DNA of 64,000 nucleotides from Candidatus Omnitrophota bacterium (lineage in GTDB: Bacteria > Omnitrophota > Gorgyraeia > Gygaellales > Profunditerraquicolaceae), in the NCBI GenBank assembly GCA_049517335.1, contig JBEKSD010000002.1, positions 85,058-149,057 on the forward strand, in the 5' to 3' direction. The position numbers and the translations under genes are program-made. This document shows, piece by piece, positions 1-10,423 of this stretch. The notes below the pieces were generated by a model. The model worked only from the letters and a program-made list of their open reading frames with translations. It was not told the DNA's origin and searched no databases. Numbering within the stretch: the stretch's first letter is position 1; each line of letters begins with the position of its first letter.

Positions 1-789
1 GGGCATATCGTAGGCTATCTGGGTGACGGCATAAACGACGCTCCGGCATTAAAAAGTTCGGATGTCGGGATTTCGGTAAATAATGCAGTAGATATTGCCA
101 AGGAATCGGCTGATATCATCTTGCTTAAAAAGAGCCTTATGGTCTTAGAGGACGGTGTAGTAGAGGGAAGAAAAGTCTTCGGTAATATTATTAAATATAT
201 TAAGATGGGTTCAAGCTCTAACTTCGGGAACATGTTTAGCATGACTGGCGGTAGCTTGTTTTTGCCGTTTTTGCCGATGTTGCCTATCCAGATTCTTTTG
301 AATAATTTCCTTTATGATGTATCGCAGATTGCGATTCCTACTGATCAGGTTGATAATGAATATATACTGAAACCTAGGCCTTGGAACGTTAAGTATATCA
401 GGAATTTTATGATGATTATTGGGCCAATCAGCTCAATTTATGATTTTCTAACTTATGGGGTTATGTTATTTATTTTTCATTCTTCAGCCGAACTTTTTCA
501 TACCGGTTGGTTTATAGAATCATTATGTACTCAGACTTTAGTTATACATATAATCCGAACAGGAAAAATTCCTTTTGTTGAGAGCCGGCCGAGTAGATTC
601 TTAATGTTGATGTCTTTGCTTATAGTTTCTATAGGCATTGCTATCCCATTTAGCCCATTAGCTAAACCTTTCGGGTTTGTAAAGCCGCCGCCTATGTATT
701 TTGTGGCACTATTTATTATGACTGTTACTTACTTGTTTCTTGTTCAATTAGTTAAGAAATGGTTTATTAGGAAGTACGGTTATGAATGA
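1..789 (+). CDS. mgtA: Mg2+-transporting P-type ATPase, C-terminal part (5' truncated by the window)
   Basis: Frame is open from base 1: GHIVGYLGDGINDAPALK...SSNFGNMFS...LPFLPMLPIQIL...FHTGWFIESLCTQTLVIHIIRT, typical MgtA motifs. Confidence 0.93.
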   Translation, partial: GHIVGYLGDGINDAPALKSSDVGISVNNAVDIAKESADIILLKKSLMVLEDGVVEGRKVFGNIIKYIKMGSSSNFGNMFSMTGGSLFLPFLPMLPIQILLNNFLYDVSQIAIPTDQVDNEYILKPRPWNVKYIRNFMMIIGPISSIYDFLTYGVMLFIFHSSAELFHTGWFIESLCTQTLVIHIIRTGKIPFVESRPSRFLMLMSLLIVSIGIAIPFSPLAKPFGFVKPPPMYFVALFIMTVTYLFLVQLVKKWFIRKYGYE

Positions 790-2153
790 TGCCTAAATTG
801 ACGTCCAAACAAGGACCCAAAGAACGGATTAAAAATTTTTTCGAAGTTGCGCTGGGTTTCTCTAAAAAAGAAGCTGAAGAGGAAGCTAAGCGCTGCCTTC
901 AATGTAAAGAGCCACTTTGCGTTAAAGGATGTCCGGTTGAAATTGATATACCGGCATTTATAAAGTTAATAAAAGAAGGCGAGCCTGAAAAGGCGCTAAA
1001 AAAAATAAAAGAAAAGAATGCCCTGCCTGCTGTCTGCGGAAGAGTTTGCCCGCAGGAAAACCAGTGTGAAGCAGTGTGCGTATTAAATAAAAAGAAAATC
1101 GCAATAAATATCGGGGCATTAGAAAGATACGCGGCAGACCATGGAATTAACAGGCCAGTCACCAACGAGCCACTCCGCAAAAATATAAAAGTGGCTGTTG
1201 TGGGAAGCGGGCCTGCAGGCCTTACCTGTGCAGCTAGCCTTGCAAAAATGGGCTATATAGTGATGCTCTTTGAATCCTTGCACCTTCCCGGCGGGGTTTT
1301 ATCTTACGGTATCCCGGAATTCCGCCTGCCTAAGGAAATAGTCCAGAGAGAGGTTGAATACATAAAAAACTTGGGCGTTGATTTAAAAACGGACATTTTA
1401 ATCGGAAGTACATACTCCTTAAACGACCTTTTTGCTGCCGGCTACAAGGCAATTTTTTTGGCTGTGGGCGCAGGTTTACCGCAGTTTTTGGGCATTCCAG
1501 GAGAAAACCTTGCCCGAGTTTATTCGGCAAATGAATTCTTAACCCGGACAAACTTAATGAAAGCCTACAAGTTTCCCGAATACGCCACGCCTATAAACAT
1601 AGGAAAGAAAGTGGCGGTTATCGGAGGAGGAAATGTGGCTTTGGATTCGGCAAGAACAGCTTTACGCCTAGGAAAACAGGTCTTCTTAGTTTACCGCCGG
1701 ACGGAACTGGAGATGCCCGGCCGACTTGAAGAGATTACAAACGCCAAAGAAGAAGGGGTTATTTTTAAATTCCTCACCCAGCCAATAAGGATACTCGGGG
1801 ATGACTCCGGATTTGTCAAAGGCTTGGAGTGCATAAAAATGGAGCTGGGAGAAATGGATTCATCCAACAGAAGAAAACCCATTCCGGTTAAAGGCTCAAA
1901 TTTTATTTTAGATGCAGATACGGTTATTGTGGCAATAGGGCAAAACCCTAATCCGCTCTTAGCAAAAACAACTGAAGGCTTAAAGATTAAAAGTAACGGC
2001 ACAGTTATAGTTGATGAAAACTATATGACTTCATTAGCAGGAGTATTTGCCGGAGGCGATATAATCACTGGCGCAGATACCGTAATTCAGGCAATGGGCG
2101 CAGGAAAGAAAGCCGCAATAGCCATAGATAAATATCTAACCCGCGGAGGATAA
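786..2153 (+). CDS. gltA: NADPH-dependent glutamate synthase small-subunit-like oxidoreductase (GltA/SudA/NfnB type)
   Basis: EAKRCLQC...GCPV...CGRVCPQENQCE Fe-S motifs; GSGPAG FAD and GGGNVA NADPH motifs. Confidence 0.88.
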   Translation: MMPKLTSKQGPKERIKNFFEVALGFSKKEAEEEAKRCLQCKEPLCVKGCPVEIDIPAFIKLIKEGEPEKALKKIKEKNALPAVCGRVCPQENQCEAVCVLNKKKIAINIGALERYAADHGINRPVTNEPLRKNIKVAVVGSGPAGLTCAASLAKMGYIVMLFESLHLPGGVLSYGIPEFRLPKEIVQREVEYIKNLGVDLKTDILIGSTYSLNDLFAAGYKAIFLAVGAGLPQFLGIPGENLARVYSANEFLTRTNLMKAYKFPEYATPINIGKKVAVIGGGNVALDSARTALRLGKQVFLVYRRTELEMPGRLEEITNAKEEGVIFKFLTQPIRILGDDSGFVKGLECIKMELGEMDSSNRRKPIPVKGSNFILDADTVIVAIGQNPNPLLAKTTEGLKIKSNGTVIVDENYMTSLAGVFAGGDIITGADTVIQAMGAGKKAAIAIDKYLTRGG

Positions 2154-2158
2154 ACGAG

Positions 2159-2989
2159 ATGCCAAAGATAACTGTTCAGGATATTCTGGCCTTAAAAGGT
2201 AAACGTAAAATAACCATGCTTACCGCTTATGATTATCCGCTTGCGGCATTAGTGGATAAAACAGGCATTGATATGATTTTAGTCGGAGACTCACTGGCTA
2301 ATGTTGTTTTAGGGCTTGATTCAACGACAAAAGTGGGTATGCCTGAAATGCTGCATCATGCAAAAGCGGTAACCCGTGCGGTAAAACACGCGCTGGTAGC
2401 CGGGGATATGCCTTATGATTCTTATCAGGTCAACCCGGAAGAATGCGTAAAGAACGCAAGAAGGTTTATCTCTGAGGCAAACTGTGACTGTGTAAAGCTT
2501 GAGTGGTTTGACAAATGCTTGGAGGTAACCGAAAAAATCATCAAGGCGGGAATTCCGGTAATCGGGCATATTGGTTTAACTCCGCAAACCGCAGAAAAAA
2601 TAGGCGGTTTTAAAGTTCAGGGAAAGGATGCAGAAGCCGCTAAACGCTTAATTGAGCAAGCACTTGAGCTGGAAAAACTAGGGGCCTTTGCGCTTGTCCT
2701 TGAATGCGTACCGGATAAGATTGCCGAAATAATCACAAAGAAGCTTAAAATCCCGAGCATCGGAATAGGCGCTGGCTCCCATTGCGACGGGCAGGTTTTG
2801 GTGATGCACGATATGCTCGGCCTTTTTGAACGCTATACCCCGAAGTTTGTAAAAAAATATATCAATCTTTCTCCCATGATCTTGAAAGCCATTGAAGAAT
2901 TTAAAACAGAAGTTGTTGAAGGGAAATTTCCTGGTCCAGAGCATACCTTCAGTATCAAAGAAGAAGAAATAAAAAAACTTAAAGCATGA
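2159..2989 (+). CDS. panB: 3-methyl-2-oxobutanoate hydroxymethyltransferase
   Basis: MLTAYD, LVGDSLA, GHIGLTPQ, GIGAG..CDGQVLV motifs. Confidence 0.97.
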   Translation: MPKITVQDILALKGKRKITMLTAYDYPLAALVDKTGIDMILVGDSLANVVLGLDSTTKVGMPEMLHHAKAVTRAVKHALVAGDMPYDSYQVNPEECVKNARRFISEANCDCVKLEWFDKCLEVTEKIIKAGIPVIGHIGLTPQTAEKIGGFKVQGKDAEAAKRLIEQALELEKLGAFALVLECVPDKIAEIITKKLKIPSIGIGAGSHCDGQVLVMHDMLGLFERYTPKFVKKYINLSPMILKAIEEFKTEVVEGKFPGPEHTFSIKEEEIKKLKA

Positions 2990-3729
2990 AAATTAAAGAT
3001 AGAATAATCAAATATTTAAGCGCAGCAATATTCCTTATTGCCGGCCTTAGCTTTATAGCCAAATTCGGAGGGCCTCAGATATTAAAGTATTACGTCCAAA
3101 CAGGCATAGGCGACTGCGAAAGAATCCCGATTTTTTGCATGTCTCCGTACGAAACGATAGACGTTTCAAAACCGAATTCCGCATACATGGCCGAACTTGT
3201 TCCTTATAAAGCTTACAAAATCTCGGCATATGTACCGAAAGGTTTTAACGTCGTGCAGGAACTGATTATGAAAACAAGCTTTAAAAAACATAAGCGCATG
3301 TTTAAGGGAGATATTATTTATATGCTTTGTCAGGATAAAGATTTTTTTACCCGACTATACCCCCAATTGAAAAAAGAGGGCGTAAACGACAACTATGAGT
3401 TCATCCGCCGCGTTATGTACGCGAAAGAGGATGAAATCAATAATATAACCGATACCTTTTTCGTAATTATGAAAGGAATATTCATTCCGGATATCGGAAA
3501 CCAGTTAAACGCAAAAATGATACGGGTAAATCTAGGCGGATTCAAAGGCTTCATAAATTACAATATGGAAAAAACGGGGAATTATTTTGACTGTAACGTT
3601 GTTGACGGAGAAGGGAAATTTTTTAAGGTATATATTAAAGATAAAAGCAGGGTTCTTAATTTGGAGAAGGTTTTTACCATTCTCTCAACCGTAAAATGCA
3701 TTGACGCGGGAATTCTCTTGCCCCGTTAG
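2986..3729 (+). CDS. Hypothetical membrane-anchored/exported protein
   Basis: 247-aa ORF with ATGA overlap with panB and an N-terminal hydrophobic segment; no recognisable family. Confidence 0.75.
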   Translation: MKIKDRIIKYLSAAIFLIAGLSFIAKFGGPQILKYYVQTGIGDCERIPIFCMSPYETIDVSKPNSAYMAELVPYKAYKISAYVPKGFNVVQELIMKTSFKKHKRMFKGDIIYMLCQDKDFFTRLYPQLKKEGVNDNYEFIRRVMYAKEDEINNITDTFFVIMKGIFIPDIGNQLNAKMIRVNLGGFKGFINYNMEKTGNYFDCNVVDGEGKFFKVYIKDKSRVLNLEKVFTILSTVKCIDAGILLPR

Positions 3730-3773
3730 AAATATTATGGTAATATATTTTTCTATTTGAGGTTATTAAATTT

Positions 3774-5087
3774 ATGCCTGAGAACTTAATGGAAAAAATA
3801 GTTTCTTTCTCTAAGCGCCGCGGGTTTATTTTCCAGTCATCGGAAATATACGGCGGCTTAAGCAATACCTGGGATTACGGACCGTACGGTATTGAGCTTA
3901 AGAACAATTTAAAACGCGCCTGGTGGAAAACAAATGTTTACGAGCAGGACGATATTTACGGTATGGACGCAGCCATCCTTATGCACCCCAAAGTCTGGGA
4001 GGCAAGCGGGCATGTTAATAATTTCTTTGATATATATTTAGATTGCCTAAACTGCAAAAAAAGAATAAAAGTTGACGACCCAACTTTCAAGAAAGTAACT
4101 AATACCTGTCCTTATTGTGGCGAGTCTGGACTCACTGATCCAAGAGAATTTAATTTAATGTTTAAAACTCATCAGGGTCCAATTGAAGAAGCAGCCAATC
4201 TGATCTATCTTCGTCCTGAAACCGCGCAGGGGATGTTTGTTAATTTCTTAAATATCCTTGATTCAAAACACTCTAAGTTGCCTTTTGGGCTGGCTCAAAT
4301 AGGAAAAGCATTCCGCAACGAAATCACTCCGGGAAATTTTACCTTCCGTACCCGGGAATTTGAACAGATGGAGATTGAGTATTTTGTCAACCCTGAAGAA
4401 GCAGATAAAAAATACGAAGAGTGGATTAATGCCCGGTTCAATTGGTATTTAGGGTTGGGGCTAAAAAGAGATAACATACGTTTAAGGCCGCACGGAAAAG
4501 AAGAACTTGCGCATTATGCCTTGGCGTGTACCGACATAGAGTATAATTTCCCGTTTGGCTGGTCTGAGCTTGAAGGGATTGCCAACCGCACGGATTTTGA
4601 CCTAAAGCAGCATGCTAAAGTGAGTGGTAAAGATCTAAGGTATTATGACGACGCAACGAAAGAAAGATTCTACCCTTATATAATTGAGCCTTCCGGCGGA
4701 GTGGACAGGAGCATTTTAGCGTTCATGGTCGATGCTTACCATGAGGAGAAAGTAAAGGGAGAAACGCGCGTAGTGATGAAATTACACAAAGAGCTGGCTC
4801 CGATAAAAGTTGCAATTTTACCGCTTTTACGCAACCGGCCTGAAATCGTAGAGCTGGCAAAAAAAATCAGCGCGGAATTAAAAAAGAAACTTGCCACTGT
4901 TTACGACGATACCGGCTCTATCGGCAAGCTTTACCGTCGGCAGGATGAAGTCGGCACGCTTTATTGTATTACGGTTGATGTACAGTCTTTGGAGGATAAA
5001 CAAATTACGGTTCGCGATCGCGACACGATGTTGCAAGAACGAGTTTCGGTCGATAAAATAAAAGAATATCTTGCAGATAAGCTATAA
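3774..5087 (+). CDS. glyS: Glycine--tRNA ligase (homodimeric GlyQS type)
   Basis: KRRGFIFQSSEIYGG, YLRPETAQG, FRNEITP, FRTREFEQME, GSIGKLYRRQDE. Confidence 0.97.
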   Translation: MPENLMEKIVSFSKRRGFIFQSSEIYGGLSNTWDYGPYGIELKNNLKRAWWKTNVYEQDDIYGMDAAILMHPKVWEASGHVNNFFDIYLDCLNCKKRIKVDDPTFKKVTNTCPYCGESGLTDPREFNLMFKTHQGPIEEAANLIYLRPETAQGMFVNFLNILDSKHSKLPFGLAQIGKAFRNEITPGNFTFRTREFEQMEIEYFVNPEEADKKYEEWINARFNWYLGLGLKRDNIRLRPHGKEELAHYALACTDIEYNFPFGWSELEGIANRTDFDLKQHAKVSGKDLRYYDDATKERFYPYIIEPSGGVDRSILAFMVDAYHEEKVKGETRVVMKLHKELAPIKVAILPLLRNRPEIVELAKKISAELKKKLATVYDDTGSIGKLYRRQDEVGTLYCITVDVQSLEDKQITVRDRDTMLQERVSVDKIKEYLADKL

Positions 5088-5107
5088 AAAGGAGGGTTTT
5101 AAAAGTA

Positions 5108-7846
5108 ATGGTAAAGAAATACGTTTACAGTTTTGGCGGAGGTAAAGCAGACGGAAATGAAAGCATGAAAAATCTTCTGGGTGGCAAAGGCGCCAACCTG
5201 GCTGAAATGGCAGGGCATAAAGATTTGAAACTTCCTGTTCCTCCGGGATTTACGCTTACTACCGAGGTTTGCACATATTATTACCAGCACCACCGGACTT
5301 ATCCTTCTACCTTAAAAACAGAAGTAAATAAGGCGTTAGCGCATGTTGAGAAATTAATGCTCAGGAAATTCGGCGACGTGGAAAGCCCGTTATTGGTTTC
5401 CGTGCGCTCGGGCGCAAGAAAGTCCATGCCCGGAATGATGGAAACGGTTTTAAACGTCGGCCTGACTGAAAGGACTATCCCCGGACTGATCAAGCAAAGC
5501 GGAGGCAATGCGCGTTTTGTTTATGATGCCTACCGCCGACTGATTATGATGTATTCCGACGTTGTTATGGAGAAAGCGGCAGGTATCGAGCCAAAAGACG
5601 AACAGGGAATACGCAAGCAGCTAGAAAGAATTATGTTGCAGATAAAGAATGAAAAAGGCTATAAGAGCGATACCGACTTAACTGCCGAAGATTTAAAGAA
5701 GCTCTGCAACCTTTTTAAGGCGAGAATCAAAGAAGTATTAAAGAAGGAATTTCCGGATGAACCTATGCAGCAATTATGGGGCGGTATAGGCGCCGTATTT
5801 GCTTCATGGAATGGCAAGCGCGCGATTTCCTACCGCCGCATTGAGAGGATTCCCGATGAATGGGGAACCGCGGTAAACGTGCAGACCATGGTATTCGGCA
5901 ATATGGGCAATGATTCCGCAACCGGCGTTGCCTTCAGCCGTAACCCCGGCACAGGAGAAAACTATTTCTACGGCGAATATTTACTTAACGCCCAGGGCGA
6001 AGACGTTGTTGCGGGCATCCGTACGCCAGCCCCCATAAATGAATTATCAAAATCAGAACACAATAAAGAACTGGTCACACTGGAAAAATCCATGCCTAAA
6101 CTCTATAAAGAACTGGTTAACTACCGTGACCGTCTGGAAAAACATTACCGCGATATGCAAGATATTGAATTCACCATAGAAAAAGGCCGCCTGTTTATGC
6201 TTCAGTGCCGCGTGGGAAAACGCAACGGCCCGGCAGCAGTATGCATGGCTATGGAGATGATAAAGGAAAAACTGATTAAACGGGAAGAAGCAGTTCTAAG
6301 AGTTTCCCCTGAGCAGCTTGACGAGCTGCTTCATCCGATTATTAATCCTAAAGCAGAATTAACCCATAAGCCGCTGGCTAAAGGTTTACCTGCAGGGCCG
6401 GGAGGAGCAACAGGGCAGATTGTTTTTTCCGCAAATGATGCAGTAGAATGGACAAAGCAGGGCAAAAAAGTAATACTGGTGCGCGAAGAAACCAACCCCG
6501 AAGATGTTGAGGGTATGCGCGCAGCTGAAGCAATTCTGACTGCCCGGGGAGGAATGACTTCACACGCCGCCTTAGTTGCCCGTGGCTGGGGAAAATGCTG
6601 CGTTGTCGGATGCTCTGCGCTACATGTTGAATTTGATAAGAAAGAAATATCTATCGGAGGTAAAACCTTAAAAGAAGGCGACTGGATTACCTTAAACGGA
6701 AGCAAAGGGAATGTCTATGAAGACAAGCTCCCGATGATGGACGCCACAAAGGAAAATAAAGTCCTTAACGCTTTCTTAAAGATTTGCGCTGACATTAAGA
6801 AACTGGGGATTCGCACTAACGCCGACACTCCAGAAGATGCGGCTAAAGCAAGGGAATTCGGCGCAGAAGGTATCGGCTTGTTCAGGACCGAGCACATGTT
6901 TTACGGCAAAGGCTCTGATGAAGCCTTGTTCCTGCTGCGTAAGATGATTATTTCAAAGACCTTGGAAGAAAGGACAAAAGCCCTTGATGAGCTGGCTCCT
7001 TATGTCAAAAAAGACATAAAAGGAACCCTTGAAGCTATGGATGGATTCCCGGTAGTTATCCGTTTACTGGACCCGCCCCTTCATGAATTCGTACCGCGCG
7101 ATTCCGAAAAGCTTGAGCACCTTGCAAAAGAGCTTAACATCAGTATGGAAGAATTGTCCGAGCGCGCAGAAAATTTACACGAATCTAACCCGATGATGGG
7201 ACACCGCGGGGTACGTTTGGGAATAACTTATCCTGAAGTAAGCAGTATGCAGGTCCGCGCGATATTTGAAGCTACGGCAGAGTTGATTAAAGAAGGCAGG
7301 AAACCTTATCCGGAGATTATGATCCCCGTTGTCTGTGACGTAAAAGAACTGACTAACCAGCTTGAGTTATGCCGCAAGGTTTATGCCGAAGTGCTGAAAA
7401 AATATGGGTTAAAAAATATCAAGCATATGTTCGGGACGATGATTGAAATTCCGCGTGCGGCATTGCTTGCGGATAAGCTTGCGGAAGTTGCTCAGTTCTT
7501 CTCATTCGGGACTAACGACTTAACCCAAATGGGATTTGGCTTTTCGCGCGATGATATTGGGGGCTTTGTTCCGGATTATCTGAAATTGGGTATTTTACCG
7601 GAAGACCCGTTCCAAAGCATTGACCAGGAAGGGATAGGCCAGCTTATTAAAATAGGCATTGAACGCGGCCGCAAGACAAATAAAAAACTTGAAGTGGGCA
7701 TTTGCGGCGAACACGGAGGAGAGCCGAAATCAGTTGAATTCTGCCATAAAGTCGGCATGAATTATGTCAGCTGCTCGCCGTTCCGTGTTCCGATTGCGAA
7801 ATTAGCTGCAGCTCAGGCGGTATTAAAAGAAAAAAGAAATAACTAA
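5108..7846 (+). CDS. ppdK: Pyruvate phosphate dikinase
   Basis: LGGKGANLAEM, SVRSGA..SMPGMM, GGMTSHAA phospho-His motif, FSFGTNDLTQ, ICGEHGG. Confidence 0.98.
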   Translation: MVKKYVYSFGGGKADGNESMKNLLGGKGANLAEMAGHKDLKLPVPPGFTLTTEVCTYYYQHHRTYPSTLKTEVNKALAHVEKLMLRKFGDVESPLLVSVRSGARKSMPGMMETVLNVGLTERTIPGLIKQSGGNARFVYDAYRRLIMMYSDVVMEKAAGIEPKDEQGIRKQLERIMLQIKNEKGYKSDTDLTAEDLKKLCNLFKARIKEVLKKEFPDEPMQQLWGGIGAVFASWNGKRAISYRRIERIPDEWGTAVNVQTMVFGNMGNDSATGVAFSRNPGTGENYFYGEYLLNAQGEDVVAGIRTPAPINELSKSEHNKELVTLEKSMPKLYKELVNYRDRLEKHYRDMQDIEFTIEKGRLFMLQCRVGKRNGPAAVCMAMEMIKEKLIKREEAVLRVSPEQLDELLHPIINPKAELTHKPLAKGLPAGPGGATGQIVFSANDAVEWTKQGKKVILVREETNPEDVEGMRAAEAILTARGGMTSHAALVARGWGKCCVVGCSALHVEFDKKEISIGGKTLKEGDWITLNGSKGNVYEDKLPMMDATKENKVLNAFLKICADIKKLGIRTNADTPEDAAKAREFGAEGIGLFRTEHMFYGKGSDEALFLLRKMIISKTLEERTKALDELAPYVKKDIKGTLEAMDGFPVVIRLLDPPLHEFVPRDSEKLEHLAKELNISMEELSERAENLHESNPMMGHRGVRLGITYPEVSSMQVRAIFEATAELIKEGRKPYPEIMIPVVCDVKELTNQLELCRKVYAEVLKKYGLKNIKHMFGTMIEIPRAALLADKLAEVAQFFSFGTNDLTQMGFGFSRDDIGGFVPDYLKLGILPEDPFQSIDQEGIGQLIKIGIERGRKTNKKLEVGICGEHGGEPKSVEFCHKVGMNYVSCSPFRVPIAKLAAAQAVLKEKRNN

Positions 7847-7848
7847 AC

Positions 7849-7924
7849 TAGGGACGGTTCTCAAGGCGAAGCTAAACTGTCCCCTAAAGGGGACAGTTTA
7901 AGATTAAGTTGAGAACCGTCCCTA
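7849..7924. repeat. REP-like doublet: two inverted copies of AGGGACGGTTCTCAA-N-TAAACTGTCCCCT
   Basis: Outer perfect 16-bp IR 7849-7864/7909-7924; inner perfect 13-bp IR 7873-7885/7888-7900. Confidence 0.85.
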
Positions 7925-7933
7925 AAACAACCT

Positions 7934-8749
7934 ATGGAATCCTTAAAATTATACCTCAAGGAAGTCAGAAACATACCTTTATTGACTCCACAGGAAGAAA
8001 TTAATCTGACCCGTAGAGTGAAGAAAGGTGATGAGCAGGCGCGTAAAGGCATGATCCGCGCAAACCTCAGACTGGTCATAAATATTGCTAAGCGCTATAT
8101 GTATTTGGGTATCCCGCTCATAGACTTAATAGAAGAGGGGAACCTCGGGCTTATCAAAGCAGTTGAAAAATTTGAACCAAAGAAAGGCTTCCGCTTTTCA
8201 ACTTATGCCGCATGGTGGATTAAACAGGGGATTACCCGTTCAATTTCAGAACAGGGAAAAATGATCCGCATACCTGTTTACATGAATGAGCTAATCTCCA
8301 AATGGCGCAAGGCCAAAGAGCGGCTTTCCCAGAAGTTAAAACGCCTGCCGAAAGATGAAGAAGTTGCCAAAAAAATCAAGCTTACAAGAGATAAAATTGA
8401 ACAGATAAACTTCTGGATGAGCTCATCCACGTCCTCACTTGATACTCCCATAGGGGATGAAGAAAACAGCCAGGTCTCTGATTTAATAGAAGATAAGACC
8501 TCCGCTTCGCCGGATGCGACCGTCGGGATTATGATGGACAAAGAAAGAGTGAACAACCTTCTTGATATAATGAGCGGGAGGGAAAAAGAAATACTTGATA
8601 TGCGCTTCGGGCTTAATGACAATAAACCGCACACACTGGCGGAAGTTGCGCAAAAGCTGGGAGTTTCCCGCGAAAGGGTACGCCAGATAGAAGAAGCGGC
8701 TTTAAAGAAACTCAAAAAATTCGTAACCGATCAGGAGGGCGAGTTATGA
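7934..8749 (+). CDS. RNA polymerase sigma-70 factor (RpoD/RpoS family, lacks region 1.1)
   Basis: YLKEV..IPLLT, ANLRLVINIAKRY, EGNLGLIKAVEKF, FSTYAAWWIKQ, SRERVRQIE. Confidence 0.95.
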   Translation: MESLKLYLKEVRNIPLLTPQEEINLTRRVKKGDEQARKGMIRANLRLVINIAKRYMYLGIPLIDLIEEGNLGLIKAVEKFEPKKGFRFSTYAAWWIKQGITRSISEQGKMIRIPVYMNELISKWRKAKERLSQKLKRLPKDEEVAKKIKLTRDKIEQINFWMSSSTSSLDTPIGDEENSQVSDLIEDKTSASPDATVGIMMDKERVNNLLDIMSGREKEILDMRFGLNDNKPHTLAEVAQKLGVSRERVRQIEEAALKKLKKFVTDQEGEL

Positions 8750-9270
8750 GCCCTAAAATCAACTTAAAAGGAATAATAAGGAATATCCCGGATTTCCCCA
8801 AGCCTGGAATTTTATTTTATGACATCACAACCCTGCTCAACGATAGAAAGGCACTTAAATACGCAGTTAATGAATTAGTAAAAAAATTTAAAAGTAAAAG
8901 AATAGATAAAGTGGTTGCCGTTGAAGCAAGGGGTTTTATTTTCGGGGGAGCGATTGCGCACCAACTGAACGCGGGATTTGTCCCAGTCAGAAAAAAAGGA
9001 AAACTCCCGTGGAAAACCAATTCGGCAACTTATGCATTAGAATACGGGACAGATACCCTTTATATGCATAATGACGCCATAAAGCCTAAAGACAATATTC
9101 TAATCGTTGATGACCTGTTGGCAACCGGCGGCACGATTAAAGCAGTAACGGATTTAGTTAACCAGCTAAAAGGTAATATAAAAGGGATAATTTTCCTCAT
9201 TGAGCTGCTGGATTTAAAAGGTAAAGAAAAGCTTAAAGGTTATCCGGTATTTTCTTTGATAAAATATTAA
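8746..9270 (+). CDS. apt: Adenine phosphoribosyltransferase
   Basis: [43 protein letters not shown]. Confidence 0.97.
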   Translation: MSPKINLKGIIRNIPDFPKPGILFYDITTLLNDRKALKYAVNELVKKFKSKRIDKVVAVEARGFIFGGAIAHQLNAGFVPVRKKGKLPWKTNSATYALEYGTDTLYMHNDAIKPKDNILIVDDLLATGGTIKAVTDLVNQLKGNIKGIIFLIELLDLKGKEKLKGYPVFSLIKY

Positions 9271-9280
9271 GCAAAATTCT

Positions 9281-9586
9281 GCAAATCGGAGGTGGAGGTA
9301 CCCAGCCTATGTTGGCAATAATAATTACCGGACGCCCCTTATTTCGCCTATTTACGCTGATTTATCCGGATTACCCCCTATGCTCATCCAGGTTGGTGAA
9401 TGGGAAATTTTGTTAAGTGGTGATTCCACCCAGCTGGCGGAGCGGGCCCGTAATGCCGGAGTTGATGTAACGCTAGAGGTGTGGGATTGTATGTGACATG
9501 TATGGTATTACTTTACGCCCTATGTACCCGAGAGCAAGCGTGCCATTAAGAAAATTGGAGAGTTTCTACGTAGCCATATAGACTAA
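9281..9586 (+). pseudogene. C-terminal remnant of an HSL/Aes-family alpha/beta hydrolase (esterase)
   Basis: Manual translation: [59 protein letters not shown]...; in-frame TGA at 9494-9496 next to the catalytic His; N-terminal part absent. Confidence 0.82.
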
Positions 9587-9686
9587 ACCTGATACGTAAA
9601 TCAGTTTAAGATAGCCCATGCATCAAAGGCGAGAAAAAGAATTAAAATCAGGTCAGGGTAGGGAATATTTAAAAATTATTTTATCT

Positions 9687-9760
9687 GCGCCTATAGCTCA
9701 TAAGGATAGAGCAGCAGTTTCCTAAACTGCGTGCGGCAGGTTCGATTCCTGCTAGGCGCA
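9687..9760 (+). tRNA. tRNA-Arg(CCT)
   Basis: Acceptor GCGCCTA/TAGGCGC, anticodon arm GCAGT-TTCCTAA-ACTGC, T-loop GGTTCGATTCC; CCA not encoded. Confidence 0.96.
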
Positions 9761-9771
9761 TCTATTTATCT

Positions 9772-10422
9772 ATGTATAACTTACACACCCATACATTATT
9801 AAGCGATGGGGTATTACTTCCTTCGGAAGTCGCGGTGCGTTATCTTGATAAGGGCTATAAGGTAATCGCGATAACCGACCACGCTGATTACTGTAACATT
9901 AAACCCCTAATAAACGCCGTTACCGCTTTCTGCAGCCATTGGCCCAAAAATTCCGGCATAACCGTCCTACCCGGCATTGAGTTAACCCATATCCCTCCCG
10001 AACAATTTAAGCCTCTGGCTAAATACGCGCGAAAAAACGGGATTAAGGTAATTGTCGCTCACGGCGAAACTACAATGGAGCCGGTAATAACGGGAACTAA
10101 CCGCGCAGCGATTATGTCCGATATTGATATCCTCGCGCACCCCGGATTAATAAACGATGGAGACACACTGCTTGCAAAGGAGAGAAATATTTTTTTGGAA
10201 CTAACCAGCCGCAGAGGGCATTCAGATACCAATAATCACGTGGCAAAACAGGCGTTAAAACACGGTGTAAAACTGATATTGAATAATGACAGTCATGAAC
10301 CGCAAGATATAATCACGCCTGAAGAATTAGCCGAAATAGGGACTAATTCGGGAGTCAGTAAAGAGGGTATTGATATTATATATAGGAACATAGAAGAATT
10401 TATAAAAAGGAGGAAAGGATAG
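9772..10422 (+). CDS. PHP-domain phosphoesterase (histidinol-phosphatase-like)
   Basis: LHTHTLLSDG, AITDH, GIELTH, VAHGET, LAHPG, NNDSH metal motifs. Confidence 0.9.
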   Translation: MYNLHTHTLLSDGVLLPSEVAVRYLDKGYKVIAITDHADYCNIKPLINAVTAFCSHWPKNSGITVLPGIELTHIPPEQFKPLAKYARKNGIKVIVAHGETTMEPVITGTNRAAIMSDIDILAHPGLINDGDTLLAKERNIFLELTSRRGHSDTNNHVAKQALKHGVKLILNNDSHEPQDIITPEELAEIGTNSGVSKEGIDIIYRNIEEFIKRRKG

Positions 10423-10423
10423 G

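Noticed and set aside
9494-9496. TGA-to-Trp recoding or selenocysteine
   Set aside because: TGA is a normal stop in many genes here and the host ORF is truncated anyway
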